NCBI GenBank assembly: GCA_965117035.1
Contig: OZ220748.1
Location: 2,351,992-2,415,991 of the forward strand
Source of the DNA: Dehalococcoidia bacterium
Lineage (GTDB): Bacteria; Chloroflexota; Dehalococcoidia; Lucifugimonadales; CAZENU01
Reading direction: 5' to 3'
Length of the DNA: 64,000 nt
In this document: piece by piece, positions 14,070 through 25,594 of the stretch
Layout: each line of letters begins with the position of its first letter
How positions within the stretch are numbered: the first letter of the stretch is position 1
Position numbers and translations under genes: made by a program
Notes under the pieces: model-generated
Told to the model about the DNA's origin: nothing
The model's database searches: none
The model's input: only the letters and a program-made list of their open reading frames with translations

Positions 14070-14614
14070 CCTGTTCAGCGTTGCTGAGACGACCGGAGCC
14101 GGACCCTGTGGGTTCCCGATTACGGAGACCCTTGCATAATCGTCGTTCCCGCCAAGAGCCCGCCCCCGTGGAGACGGGGGGAGACCTTTGCACAATCGTC
14201 ATTCCCGCGAAGAGCCTGCCCCCGTGCAGACGGGGGCGGGAATCCAGGGGCGGGGCCTTCCAGGTACGAAATCGACGTACGGCCACCACTGTTCGCCGCA
14301 ACCAAGGGGGTTACGCAGAGGTCTGATTTTCGCGGACATGACGGCGCGGTGGCCATCGACGTCCAGGCAGGGGTGGGGCCGCTTCGCCACGCGACCCGTT
14401 CGCCCCGAGTGCCCCGACGCTTCGTCGGGGCGTATCGAGGGGCCCGCGACAGTCCAGTCCCTGGGGCGTGGCCTGCGCCAGCCACCGGGTCTGCGCTGTT
14501 TGTGCGCTCGCACCTGTCGCCTCCCAATCATCTCAATCGCAGAATCCCACGAATCACAGTTCAGACGCTCCCCGGCGACAGGATCGCGCCCGCCCTTCAA
14601 CTCCGAACAGCTAC
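14070..14614. repeat. composite cluster of the modular intergenic repeat family
   Basis: Degenerate end CTGTTCAGCGTTGCTGAGAC at the left and CTCCGAACAGCTAC at the right. Two tandem 56-nt units at 14124-14235 (GGAGACCYTTGCAYAATCGTCRTTCCCGC..AGAGCCYGCCCCCGTGSAGACGGGG). Also hairpins TTCCCGCG-N-CGGGAA and CCCCGACGCTTCGTCGGGG. Confidence 0.7.
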
Positions 14615-14664
14615 ACACCCGCGACACGAAGACACGAGGCGTCCCGTTCAGGCATAATCTACCA

Positions 14665-15840
14665 ATGCGTTTTCGACTCTGGCCTCTGCTGCTGCTCGCC
14701 GGACTTGTGCTGATCGGCTGCGCGCGTCTCCCGACCCCGGAGGGTTGGTCGGGCGGCGCCGTCGTGGAAGACGTCACCTACCGTGGCGACGTCTACGGCA
14801 GCGTCCTCTATGTCGGCACCCGGGAGGGAGACCTCAGGGCGCTCGTCGCCGGGGACCAGGCCGGACCCAATGCCAGCGGCGGCGAGGAGCTCTGGAGCTT
14901 CCCACTGCGAGGCGACGTCGAGGCCGACCTCGTCATCTACGGCACGCCCGTCGTGGCCCGCGACACCATCTTCTTCGCCTCCTACCACGGCTTCCTCTAC
15001 TCCCTCAGCCTCGACGGCGAGGAGCTCTGGGACACCAGGGTCGGCGACGGAGACCACGTCGTGGGCGGCGTCGCGGTCGCCGACAACCTCGTGCTGGTCG
15101 GATCGAACGACGGCAACGTCTACGCCTACGAGTACGACTTCGATAGCCATGCCGCCGCGCTGCGGTGGACGTTCTCGACGGGCGGCCAGGTCTGGTCCAC
15201 CCCAGCCGTCCACGACGGCGTCGCCTACTTCGGATCGCTCGACCAGCACGTCTACGCGGTCGACGTCGCCACCGGCGCCCAGGTATGGAGGTTCAGGACC
15301 GAGGGCGGCGTGGTCGCCGGCACGGTCGTCGCCGACGGCAAGGTGCTCGTCGGCTCCTTCGACAGCACCTTCTACGCCATCGACGCGGAGACCGGCGCCG
15401 CCGCGTGGACGTTCGAGGGCGCCGACAGGTGGTACTGGGCACGAGCGGCCGTCAAGGGCGACACCGTCTACGCGCCGTCCCTGGACGGCAACGTCTACGC
15501 CATAGGCCTCCAGGACGGCCTCAGGCGCTGGACGCTCGAGACCGAGGGGCCGATCATCGGAGGGCCCGCCGTCATCGGCGACAGGCTCGCCGTGCCGTCC
15601 AAGGACGGCGGCGTCTACCTGGTCGGCGTCGCCGACGGAGCCCAGGAGGACCAGTGCGGCCTCGACGACCACCTCAGGGCGTCGCTGACCGTGCACGGAA
15701 GCTCGATATACCTGTCCGACTCGGGCCGCTCCGTGCGCGAGCTCATCGTCAAGGCCAACGGCAAGTTCGACGAGGGATGGTCCCACAAGACCAACGCCGG
15801 CCAGGACGAGCCGGAGTCGGGAAACTGGAACTGCGGCTAG
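14665..15840 (+). CDS. PQQ-like beta-propeller repeat lipoprotein (BamB-like fold)
   Basis: Signal peptide with lipobox LVLIGC. Repeated motifs: ...G.VYA.D..TG...W.F. The ATG at 14665 was chosen because the track ORF's N-terminal extension only translates repeat DNA. Confidence 0.75.
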   Translation: MRFRLWPLLLLAGLVLIGCARLPTPEGWSGGAVVEDVTYRGDVYGSVLYVGTREGDLRALVAGDQAGPNASGGEELWSFPLRGDVEADLVIYGTPVVARDTIFFASYHGFLYSLSLDGEELWDTRVGDGDHVVGGVAVADNLVLVGSNDGNVYAYEYDFDSHAAALRWTFSTGGQVWSTPAVHDGVAYFGSLDQHVYAVDVATGAQVWRFRTEGGVVAGTVVADGKVLVGSFDSTFYAIDAETGAAAWTFEGADRWYWARAAVKGDTVYAPSLDGNVYAIGLQDGLRRWTLETEGPIIGGPAVIGDRLAVPSKDGGVYLVGVADGAQEDQCGLDDHLRASLTVHGSSIYLSDSGRSVRELIVKANGKFDEGWSHKTNAGQDEPESGNWNCG

Positions 15841-15856
15841 GCCCGGGGAGGTAGAC

Positions 15857-17185
<1,329 letters not shown>

Positions 17186-17198
17186 CAGCCCCACGCGG

Positions 17199-17590
17199 CG
17201 AACAGTTACCATCGCAGGTGACTGTTCAGAGTTGAGGGGACACCTGGCCTGTTCGCTCCGAGTGCCCCGACGCTTCGTCGGGGTGTATCGAGGGGCCGCC
17301 GCGAAGAGTGCGCGAGGCTCAGCACCAAATCATCCCCATGATCAGAATCCCACGAATCACAGTTCAGACGTTCCGCCTCATCTGCTCTGAACAGTTACCA
17401 CCGCAGGTAACTGTTCAGACTTGCTGAGAGGAACGCCACCACTACCGTCATTCCCGCGAAGGCGGGAACCCAGAGACGGAGGCGCGGGGATGGGTCCCCG
17501 TCGCCGCGGAACGTCTGAATTGTGATTCGTGTGATTGGGGTGACTGGAAGGCGACGGGTGCACGTTCGTCCAGGCGCCTCTGAACAGATG
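17199..17590. repeat. repeat cluster: one complete MITE-like unit (17221-17396) flanked by partial or inverted copies
   Basis: TIRs ACTGTTCAGAG (17221-17231) and CTCTGAACAGT (17385-17395). Junction hairpins GAACAGTTAC-N8-GTRACTGTTC occur at about 17200 and 17390. An inverted partial copy lies at about 17500-17590. Confidence 0.65.
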
Positions 17591-17645
17591 CGAGCGCCCG
17601 CCTGCCTGACATGCCGGCCGTAAACGGCTACCATAGCCCCCTGAC

Positions 17646-20600
17646 ATGCCGGGCCACCTGTTCGCCAGCTACTTCCTGACCGACGGCATCCGGGACACAC
17701 CGGAGTGGAAGGCCTCGCTCGCCGACCCGGAGCGGTTCGCCGCCTTCGAGGAGGACATCCGCCGGCGCTACGAGGTCCTCGACGCCGCCGCCGACCCCAA
17801 CGAGGCGGTCACCGAGCAGGAGCTGGTCCGCCCCGTGCTCGAGCTGCTGGGATGGGAACACTACCTGCCGCAGCAGGGCGCCGCCCGCAATGAGGACATC
17901 CCCGACCACCTGCTCTTCCCCGACGCCGAAGCCAAGGCCCGCGCCGCCGCGAAACCCAACCCCGAGGCGAGATATCCGGACGCCATCGTCGTCGAAGAGA
18001 GCAAGCGGTTCGACCTGAACCTCGACGCCCGCGACCCCGACGCCCGCCAGCGCTCACGGACGCCGCACGGGCAGATACTCCGCTACCTGTCGACCGCCGA
18101 CGTCGAGTCGGAGAGCCGCATCCGCTGGGGCATCCTGACCAACGGCCGCGTGTGGCGCCTCTACGACTACCGCGCCCGCCCTCGCGCTTCCGGCTACTTC
18201 GAGACCGACCTGGGCGAGGCGCTGCAACCGGACAACGAGGACGACCTGCGCCTCTTCTGGCTGCTGCTGCGCCGGAGCTCCTTCACGCCGCAGGACGGCG
18301 CGACCTTCAGCTTCCTGGAGGCGGCGCTGGCGGAGGGCCGCCGACACGAACAGCAGGTAGCCCAGGACATCTCCGCCGTGGTGTTCGAGCGTGTCTTCCC
18401 GACCCTCGTCCGGGCCCTGGCAGCAGCCACGGACGAGGATCTCCCGGCCGTCCGCGAGGCCGCTCTCATCTTCCTGTACCGGCTGCTCTTCGTGCTCTAC
18501 GCCGAGGACCGGGGCCTGCTCCCCGTCAACGACTCGCGGTACGAGGACTACGGTCTGCGCAAGCCGGTGCGAGAGGACGTCGCGCGCCGGATGGACGCCG
18601 GCGCCACCTTCTCCTACACCGCCTCGAAATACTACGGCCACTTGGAGACGCTCTTCGGATTGATCGACCAGGGCGACCCGTCCATCGGCCTCCCGCCCTA
18701 CAACGGCGGCCTCTTCTCCCGGGACGCCGCGCCGCTGCTGGAACGTCCGCCTCTCGGACGCGGCCGTCGCCTTCATGGTCTACGACCTCAGCCACGCCGA
18801 GACCGCCGGCGGCAGGCGCTTCATCAACTACCGCGACATGTCCGTGCAGCAGCTCGGCTCGATCTACGAGCGCCTGCTGGAGCGGGAGCCCGTCAGGGAC
18901 GAGCTGGGCATGATCGTCGTGCGTCCCAACAGCTACGCCCGCAAGGACAGCGGCAGCTTCTACACGCCCCAGGAGCTCGTCGACCTGATCGTCGACCGCA
19001 CCCTGAAGCCACTTGCCGATGAGCGTCTGGCCGCCTTCGAGAAGAAGTCCAAGGAGCTGAAGCGCGACCATAGGCCGAAGGACGTGCGGGAGGCCGAGCT
19101 GCGCGATCTGGACCCGGCTGAGGCCGTGCTCGACCTGAAGGTGCTCGACCCGGCGATGGGCAGTGGCCACTTCCTCGTCACCGCCGTCGACTTCCTGTCC
19201 GACTATGTCGCCGAGCTGGTCGAGTACGTGCCCGCGGTGCCCGAATGGCTCGCCGGCGAGTACGCGTCGCCGCTCGTGGAGCGCATCGCCGCAATCAGGC
19301 GCGACATCCTCGAACGGGCGCGGCAGGCCGACTGGGTGATCGACGAGGCGCAGCTCACCGACGAGGCCATCGTCCGTCGGATGGTGCTGAAGCGCTGCAT
19401 CTACGGCGTCGACAAGAACCCGCTCACCGTCGAGCTCGCCAAGGTCTCGCTGTGGCTGCACAGCTTCACCGTCGGCGCGCCGCTGTCGTTCCTCGACCAC
19501 CACCTGCGCACAGGCGACTCGCTCGTCGGTATGCGCGTGCTGGAGGCGACACAAGAGCTGAACCGCCTTGGCGGACTGTTTGCGAGCTCGGCCATTTCCG
19601 GCGCCGAGAAGGCAACATGCGGCATGCAGCGCATCGAGGAGATGTCGGACGCCGACGTGTCCGAGGTCCGAGAGTCCGCCTCGCTGTTCCAGAACGTCGA
19701 GGAGACGACCGCCGATCTGCGCGGTCTGCTCGACTTCATGTGCGGCCTCCGCTGGCTGACCGCAGGAATGGGGAAGAATGAGCGGGAGTCCTTCGAGTCG
19801 CCGATTATGGACGCGTTGGGCTGGGAACTGGACGACGCGTTCAACCTGTTGGCCAATGGTCCGGAGGTCTTCATATACGAAGATTCACTTGAAGCGACCT
19901 TCGAGTCGCTGTGGCTCGAGGTCAAGTCGGTCGCCAAGCGCGAGAGCTTCCTGCACTGGGAGGTCGCATTCCCCGGCGTCTGGCACGGATGGCAGGACGC
20001 GCACCCGGCTGGGGGCTTCGACGCCGTGATCGGCAACCCGCCCTGGGACCGTATCGAACAACAGGAAGTGGAGTGGTTCGCCATGCGCGACGAAGAGATC
20101 GCGCTGGCAAGCACTGGAGCCGCGCGCAAGGCGATGATCCAAAGGCGCCTGCGCCAAGGCGATAGACTCGCTCTTGAGTACGAGCAGGTGCGGGCAAGAG
20201 CGGCGACGTTGCGCGCACTGGTTCGAGACTCGGACGAGTATCCGCTCCTGAGCGGGGGGCGCATCAACCTCTACTCGCTCTTCGTCGAGCGCGCGATGGG
20301 CCTCGTCAAGCCCGACGGCTTCGTCGGCCTGCTCACGCCGTCCGGCATATACGCCGACAAGACGGCGGCGAAGTTCTTTCGGTCGATCTCGACCGGCGGG
20401 CGCGTGTCAGGCCTGTTCGACTTCGAGAACCGGCGGCTCGGAACTGGGCTGCCGCCGTTCTTCCCAGACGTCGACTCGCGCTTCAAGTTCTGCGCGTTCG
20501 TCCTCGGCGGCGATGAGCGGCGCTTCAACGAGACGGCTTGCGCCTTCTTCCTCCCCGATACCGAGACCATCGACGACCCGGACCGCTGCTTCCCGCTGAC

Positions 20601-21682
20601 GCCCGACGACTTCGCCCGCGTCAACCCGAACACCGGCACTGCGCCCGTCTTCCGCACGCGACGCAGAGATCACCCGCCGCATCTACGAGCGGCATCCCGT
20701 CCTGGTCAACCGCTCAGGCAGCAAGATACGCCGCGCATGGCCGGTGAGGTTCATGCAGGGGCTGTTCAACATGACGTCCGACTCCAATCTGTTCAGGACG
20801 TCGGAGCAACTCGACTCCATGGGCTTCTACCCCGTCCAGGGCAACCGATGGAAGAGAGGAGGGAAACTGTATCTGCCGTTGTACGAAGGAAAAATGGTGC
20901 AACTGTATGATCACCGCGCCGCAGGCGTATTGGCAAATCCTGAGAACCTAAACCGTCCGAATCAGCCTCTCGAGGCCCGAACTGATGAACACGCTGATCC
21001 CAACTGGTTGCCGACACCCCTGTATTGGGTCGACGAGGGATCGTTCGACTGGCCAAATCACCTAGGCTGGACAATAGCGTTCAAGGATGCAACCGCCCCT
21101 ACGAATGCACGAACCATGATCGCCGCACTAGTATCGGCTCAAAGCTTCGGCAACACTCTCCCCATCCTGATGCCCAATTCATCTGAACTAGACACCTACA
21201 AGAAACGGGCATGGCTACTGGTTGGCTGCCTCAATTCAATGGCGTACGACTTCGTGGCCCGACAGAAGGTTCAAGGCCAACATCTCAACTGGTTCATCGT
21301 GGAGCAGCTTCCCGTCGTCGCGGCCGACGACTACGGCCGGCGGTTCGGCGACACGACCGCCCGCGAGCTCGTCCGCGACCATGTGCTGCGGCTCACCTAC
21401 ACGGCGCACGACATGGCGCCGTTCGCGCGCGACCTCGGGTACGACGGCCCGCCGTTCACCTGGGACGAGGAGGAGCGCCGGCACCTGAGAGCGCGGCTCG
21501 ACGCGCTCTACTTCCACCTCTACGGCCTCTCGCGCGACGACGCCGACTACGTCCTGGGCACCTTCCCCATCGTCCGCCGCGAGGACGAGAAGGAGTTCGG
21601 CAGCTACCGCACCCGCGACCTCATCCTCGCCTACATGAACGCCCTCGCCGCCGGCGACACCGAAACGGTCGTCTCGGCCTAG
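17646..21682 (+). pseudogene. type IIG restriction-modification enzyme (PD-(D/E)xK nuclease + N6-adenine methyltransferase + specificity region) disrupted by two frameshifts
   Basis: Three consecutive ORFs (17646.., 18775.., 20744..) read as one protein. The N-terminus has PDHLLF...VVEESKR. The methylase motifs are VLDPAMGSGHFLV and VIGNPPWDRI. The C-terminal part has LYEGKMVQLYDHRAA... The frame changes by +1 near 18745 (LLER|RLSDAAVAF) and near 20660 (VFRTR|AEITRRIYE). Confidence 0.75.
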
Positions 21683-21700
21683 CGCAGGCCTCCCAGGCTC

Positions 21701-22060
21701 TCAGCTCCAGGCGTAGACCTCGGCGTTCTCGGCTATGAATCGCTTCAGCGGGCCGTCGGCGGTCTTCGCGCCCGTAGTCGGGCGGGGACTGACGTAGCTC
21801 ACGACCGAACCCGAGCTTCCGGCCCACGACAGACCGGCCTCGACATACGCCGGCGACGCTTTCGCCACGGCCGCCTCCCTGAGGAACTGCGACGTGCTGA
21901 GCCCGGCCTCTTGCGCCGCCGCCGCGACTACCTGGAACACGTCGCTCGGCAGCGACACGGAGACGACCGTCCTACGGTTCCTGACCGGCCCCGACCTCTC
22001 CGGGTCGTCCAGGTCCCAGCTCCGCGCGTCCTCCATCTCCGCCGTTTCTCGTTCGGTCAT
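21701..22060 (-). CDS. ribbon-helix-helix (CopG-like) domain protein
   Basis: The RHH pattern is TVVSVSLPSDVFQVVAAAAQEAGLSTSQFLREAAVAKA. The C-terminal half is uncharacterised. Confidence 0.6.
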   Translation of the reverse strand: MTERETAEMEDARSWDLDDPERSGPVRNRRTVVSVSLPSDVFQVVAAAAQEAGLSTSQFLREAAVAKASPAYVEAGLSWAGSSGSVVSYVSPRPTTGAKTADGPLKRFIAENAEVYAWS

Positions 22061-22109
22061 CTATATTCGCTCCCTCTCGAGCCGGGCTTCGTCGTCAATG
22101 GGATGCAGC

Positions 22110-22316
22110 CCCCAACCGCCCTTGGGTTCCCGCCTTCGGAGACCTTTGCGTAACTCCTCGCGGGGGAGCCCGACAGGGCGGACATCCGTCGATTTCGTAC
22201 GTGATCCCCCACCCCCTGGGTTCCCGCCTGCGCGGGAATGACGGTTATGCAAGGGTCTCCCCCCGTCTCCACGGGGGCGGGCTCTTCGCGGGAAAGACGA
22301 TTGTGCAAAGGCCTCC
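22110..22316. repeat. modular intergenic repeat cluster (inverted orientation)
   Basis: Reverse complements of the GGAGACCTTTGCA...CGTCATTCCCGCG...GCGGGAACCCAGGG and CCCCCGTGGAGACGGGGG modules. Confidence 0.65.
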
Positions 22317-22467
22317 CTCCGCGGACCTGACCGGTGAGGACGCGTCCCACCACACGGCGTAGCCGGCAGTCGTCGAACACGAAGGTGCGGATCGTCGGTC
22401 TTGACACGGAGCCGCGGCCCTCCTACTCTTGTAGTAGAGTATACTACAGCCGTAGGAGAACAGCCAC

Positions 22468-22881
22468 ATGGACGTCGAATGGCTGATTATCGCTGACGCC
22501 GCGCAGGTCGTCGGCGGCAAGCTGTACCTGATGGGCGGCGGGTACGACCGCGTCACGCTGCCCAACGAGCCGCCCGCGCAGCACAACATGGCCGTCGCCG
22601 TCGCATTCCGCGTGTCCTGGCACGAGACGAACGTCAAGCACGACTTCGAGCTCGAGGTCCTGGACGGCGACGGGCACCGGATCGTCCGCGGCAACGGCCA
22701 GTTCGAGGTCGGCCGGCCCCTCGGCATCCCGCCGGGACAGGACCAGCGCGCACAGATGGCAATGAACCTCGGCTGGAGCGTCAAGAGCCTCGGCTCGTAC
22801 GAGGTCGTCGCCCGCGTCGGAGAGGCGGAGCGCCGGTTCCCCTTCCACGTCGTCGCCAGCGGCAAGGGCGCCACCGGCTAG
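22468..22881 (+). CDS. hypothetical protein
   Basis: 137-aa ORF with AGGAG 9 nt upstream and plausible composition. I do not recognise a family with confidence. Confidence 0.55.
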   Translation: MDVEWLIIADAAQVVGGKLYLMGGGYDRVTLPNEPPAQHNMAVAVAFRVSWHETNVKHDFELEVLDGDGHRIVRGNGQFEVGRPLGIPPGQDQRAQMAMNLGWSVKSLGSYEVVARVGEAERRFPFHVVASGKGATG

Positions 22882-22943
22882 ACAGCGCACCCCTGTGCGC
22901 CGGGCCGTGCCCGCGACGAGCCTGCCACGAGGTGGGGGGGGCA

Positions 22944-23090
22944 GGGATGGGTTCCCGCCTGCGCGGGAATGACGGTTACGCAAAGGTCTCCCCCCGTCTC
23001 CACGGGGACGGGCTCTGCGCGGGAATGACGAGCGTGTGTGGCGTGGGTTCCCGCCCGCACGGGCATGACGGTTGAGCAAGACTCTCGGCC
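22944..23090. repeat. modular intergenic repeat cluster
   Basis: GGGTTCCCGCCTGCGCGGGAATGACGGTTACGCAAAGGTCTCC and following degenerate units. Confidence 0.65.
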
Positions 23091-23175
23091 ACGGGGACGA
23101 CGGTCTGCGGCGGGCCTGCCATTATCCCCCCGGCGAGGTCCGATATCTGCTACGGTTAGCCCCACTGACGCTGTC

Positions 23176-24054
23176 ATGAAAATACACCTGGTCGACGGCA
23201 CCTACGAGCTCTTCCGGGCGCACTTCGGCGCCCCGCCGGCCACCGCGCCCGACGGCCGGCCGGTCGGCGCCGTGCGCGGCCTGGTGCAGACCCTGCTCTC
23301 CCTGCTGCGGCAGGACGACGTGACACACGCCGCAATCGCCTTCGACACGGTGATCGAGTCGTTCCGCAACGACCTCTTCGACGGCTACAAGACCGGCGAG
23401 GGCGTTCCCGAAGAGCTGCAGGCGCAGTTCGAGCCCGCGGAGCGCGCTGCCGCCGCGCTGGGCATCGTCGTCTGGCCGATGGTCGAGTTCGAGGCCGACG
23501 ACGCCATCGCCACCGCCGCCGCGCGATGGGCCCGCGAGCCGGACGTCGACCAGGTCGTCATCTGCTCCCCGGACAAGGACCTGGCCCAGCTCGTGACCGG
23601 CGACAGGATCGTCTGCCTCGACCGCCGGAGGAACATCACGCTCGACGAGGCGGGCGTCCGCGACAAGTTCGGCGTCGCCGCCGAGTCGATTCCCGACTAC
23701 CTGGCGCTGGTGGGCGACTCGGCCGACGGCATCCCCGGCGTGCCGCGATGGGGCGCCAAGTCGACGGCGACCATGCTCGCCCGGTACACCCACATCGAGA
23801 GAATCCCGGACGGCGTCGACGACTGGGACGTGACGCCGAGGGGCGCACGCGCGATGGCCGACAGCCTGCGGCAGCACGCCGGCGCCGTGGAGCTGTACCG
23901 CCGGCTCGCCACCCTCCGCCTCGACGTCCCCCTGCCCGAGTCCCTCGCGGACCTCGAGTGGCGCGGGGCGCGCCGGGCCGGGTACGAGGCGCTCTGCGCC
24001 GAGCACGGCCTCGAAGGTCTGCTGGACGCGCCCCACGAGTGGGCGGCGGATTGA
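23176..24054 (+). CDS. 5'-3' exonuclease (flap endonuclease, Pol I N-terminal-domain-like)
   Basis: MKIHLVDGTYELFRAHF...FEADDAIAT...PDKDLAQL...LVGDSADGIPGVPRWGAKSTA. The ATG at 23176 was chosen because upstream ORF sequence is repeat DNA. Confidence 0.85.
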   Translation: MKIHLVDGTYELFRAHFGAPPATAPDGRPVGAVRGLVQTLLSLLRQDDVTHAAIAFDTVIESFRNDLFDGYKTGEGVPEELQAQFEPAERAAAALGIVVWPMVEFEADDAIATAAARWAREPDVDQVVICSPDKDLAQLVTGDRIVCLDRRRNITLDEAGVRDKFGVAAESIPDYLALVGDSADGIPGVPRWGAKSTATMLARYTHIERIPDGVDDWDVTPRGARAMADSLRQHAGAVELYRRLATLRLDVPLPESLADLEWRGARRAGYEALCAEHGLEGLLDAPHEWAAD

Positions 24055-24112
24055 CCCCGCGCCGTGTATCATGCCGCAAGACGACCACGGTGAGCGGTAA
24101 GGAGCTGCGAGA

Positions 24113-25591
24113 ATGACCGGACGAGACCTGCGGACCGCCAGGCGCGAGGCGGCTTGGCGCCGGCGGCGAATCATCCTCGACGACGATGGCGACCTCTGCT
24201 TCTCCGACGACGCGAAGAAGGGTCCCGAGCCCTTCCTCGCCCAGCGCTTCTACCCCGTCCTGGGGCGCCCTGTAGACTCGATCGCCTGGTGCATCATGTG
24301 GGGCATCGCCGTCGGCCGGGGCGAGACCAGCTACTGGCGGGCGCAGCAGCGCGGCGAGCCGCTCAACGACGCCATCGCCGACCCGACGCCCGTCATGGCG
24401 GACGCCGCCCGGAGCAAGGGCATCGAGATCTTCGGCTCCATTCGCATGAACGACAGCCACGACGCCTTCGGGAAGCCGCACAGGCGTCTCGACTACCACC
24501 TCAAGACCGACCATCCCGAGTGGCTCATCGGGCGCGAGGGAATGCGGGGCGACATAACCACCTCGGCGCCCGCGCTGTACTGGTCCGGGCTCGACTACGC
24601 CGTGCCCGAGGTGCGCGACGACCGCCTCTGGTGGATACGCAACACCGCCGCGAGCTACGACCTCGACGGCATCGACCTCAACTTCTTCCGCATGCCCTAC
24701 TACTTCAAGCCCGGCGCGGAGCGCGACGGCATCCCGCTCATGACCGAGCTCGTGCGGACCGCCCGGCGCATAGTCGACGAGGCGGCCTCGCGCAGGGGCC
24801 GCCTCATGCTTCTCGGCGTCAGGACGCCCGGCACGGTCGAGACCTGCCTGACCATCGGCCTGGACGTCGAGACCTGGCTGAAGGAGGGCCTGGTGGACCG
24901 GCTGCTGATCGGCGGCGGATACATGCCGCTGACCAGCCCCGCCGAGGAGCTCGTGCGCCTGGGCCACCGGTACGACGTCCCGGTGTACCCCTGCATCAAC
25001 TGCGGCGCTCCGACGCAGGGCACCGGCGACGAGCTGCGCGCCGCCGCGTCCAACATCCTGTGGGCCGGCGCCGACGGCATCTACCTGTGGAACTACCAGT
25101 ACGGCAGCGTCGAGATGCTCGGCTACGGCAGACCGGTCGACGAGGCCTATGAGATGCTCGAACAGCTCGGCTCCGCCCCGGCGCTCAGGTACGCCGACAA
25201 GAGCTTCAGCATCGAGCACCGGGTGGGCGTCGAGTCCTACGTCCGCGCCTGCCATCCCGCCCAGCTCCCGGCGCGGGTCGACGGCTTCAGCGGCGTCGCC
25301 CTCAGGCTCCGGGTCGGCGACGACCTGCGGGCCGCGGACGACGTGGGACGCGTCGAGGGCACGACGCTCAGGCTGGACCCCTACGGCATCTCTCCCGGGG
25401 CCCGCGTCCACGTGGAGCTGAACGGACTCCAGCTCGCCCCGGAGAGCCCGGACAGCCCCAACACCGCGTTCGCCGTGCCTGCCCCGGCCGTCCGGCGCGG
25501 CGACAACGATGTCCAGGTCCACGTCACGGGGCAGACGGTGGGCAGCGTCTCCCTGCGCGAGGTCGCGCTCGACGTCGTGTACAGGAGGTAG
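24113..25591 (+). CDS. hypothetical protein (possibly glycoside-hydrolase-like TIM barrel)
   Basis: 492-aa ORF with good coding character. The function guess rests on a weak resemblance (IEIFGSIRMNDSHD..., DGIDLNFFR) and was not verified. Confidence 0.5.
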   Translation: MTGRDLRTARREAAWRRRRIILDDDGDLCFSDDAKKGPEPFLAQRFYPVLGRPVDSIAWCIMWGIAVGRGETSYWRAQQRGEPLNDAIADPTPVMADAARSKGIEIFGSIRMNDSHDAFGKPHRRLDYHLKTDHPEWLIGREGMRGDITTSAPALYWSGLDYAVPEVRDDRLWWIRNTAASYDLDGIDLNFFRMPYYFKPGAERDGIPLMTELVRTARRIVDEAASRRGRLMLLGVRTPGTVETCLTIGLDVETWLKEGLVDRLLIGGGYMPLTSPAEELVRLGHRYDVPVYPCINCGAPTQGTGDELRAAASNILWAGADGIYLWNYQYGSVEMLGYGRPVDEAYEMLEQLGSAPALRYADKSFSIEHRVGVESYVRACHPAQLPARVDGFSGVALRLRVGDDLRAADDVGRVEGTTLRLDPYGISPGARVHVELNGLQLAPESPDSPNTAFAVPAPAVRRGDNDVQVHVTGQTVGSVSLREVALDVVYRR

Positions 25592-25594
25592 CCG

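Noticed and set aside
14124-14250. Tandem 56-nt units (and the 33-nt units at 45701-45799) as a possible CRISPR array.
   Set aside because: The units are directly adjacent with no unique spacers, are imperfect, and occur inside TIR-bounded mosaic repeats. No cas genes are in the window.
22061-22252. Small ORFs translating to HNRHSRAGGNPGGGG / VIPAKAGIQ-like peptides (also 45710-46009, 14081-14326, 26281-26598, and the N-terminal extensions of ORFs 14188 and 23038).
   Set aside because: They are translations of the intergenic repeat modules in various frames and orientations. They lack ribosome-binding sites and show no coding-frame conservation between copies.
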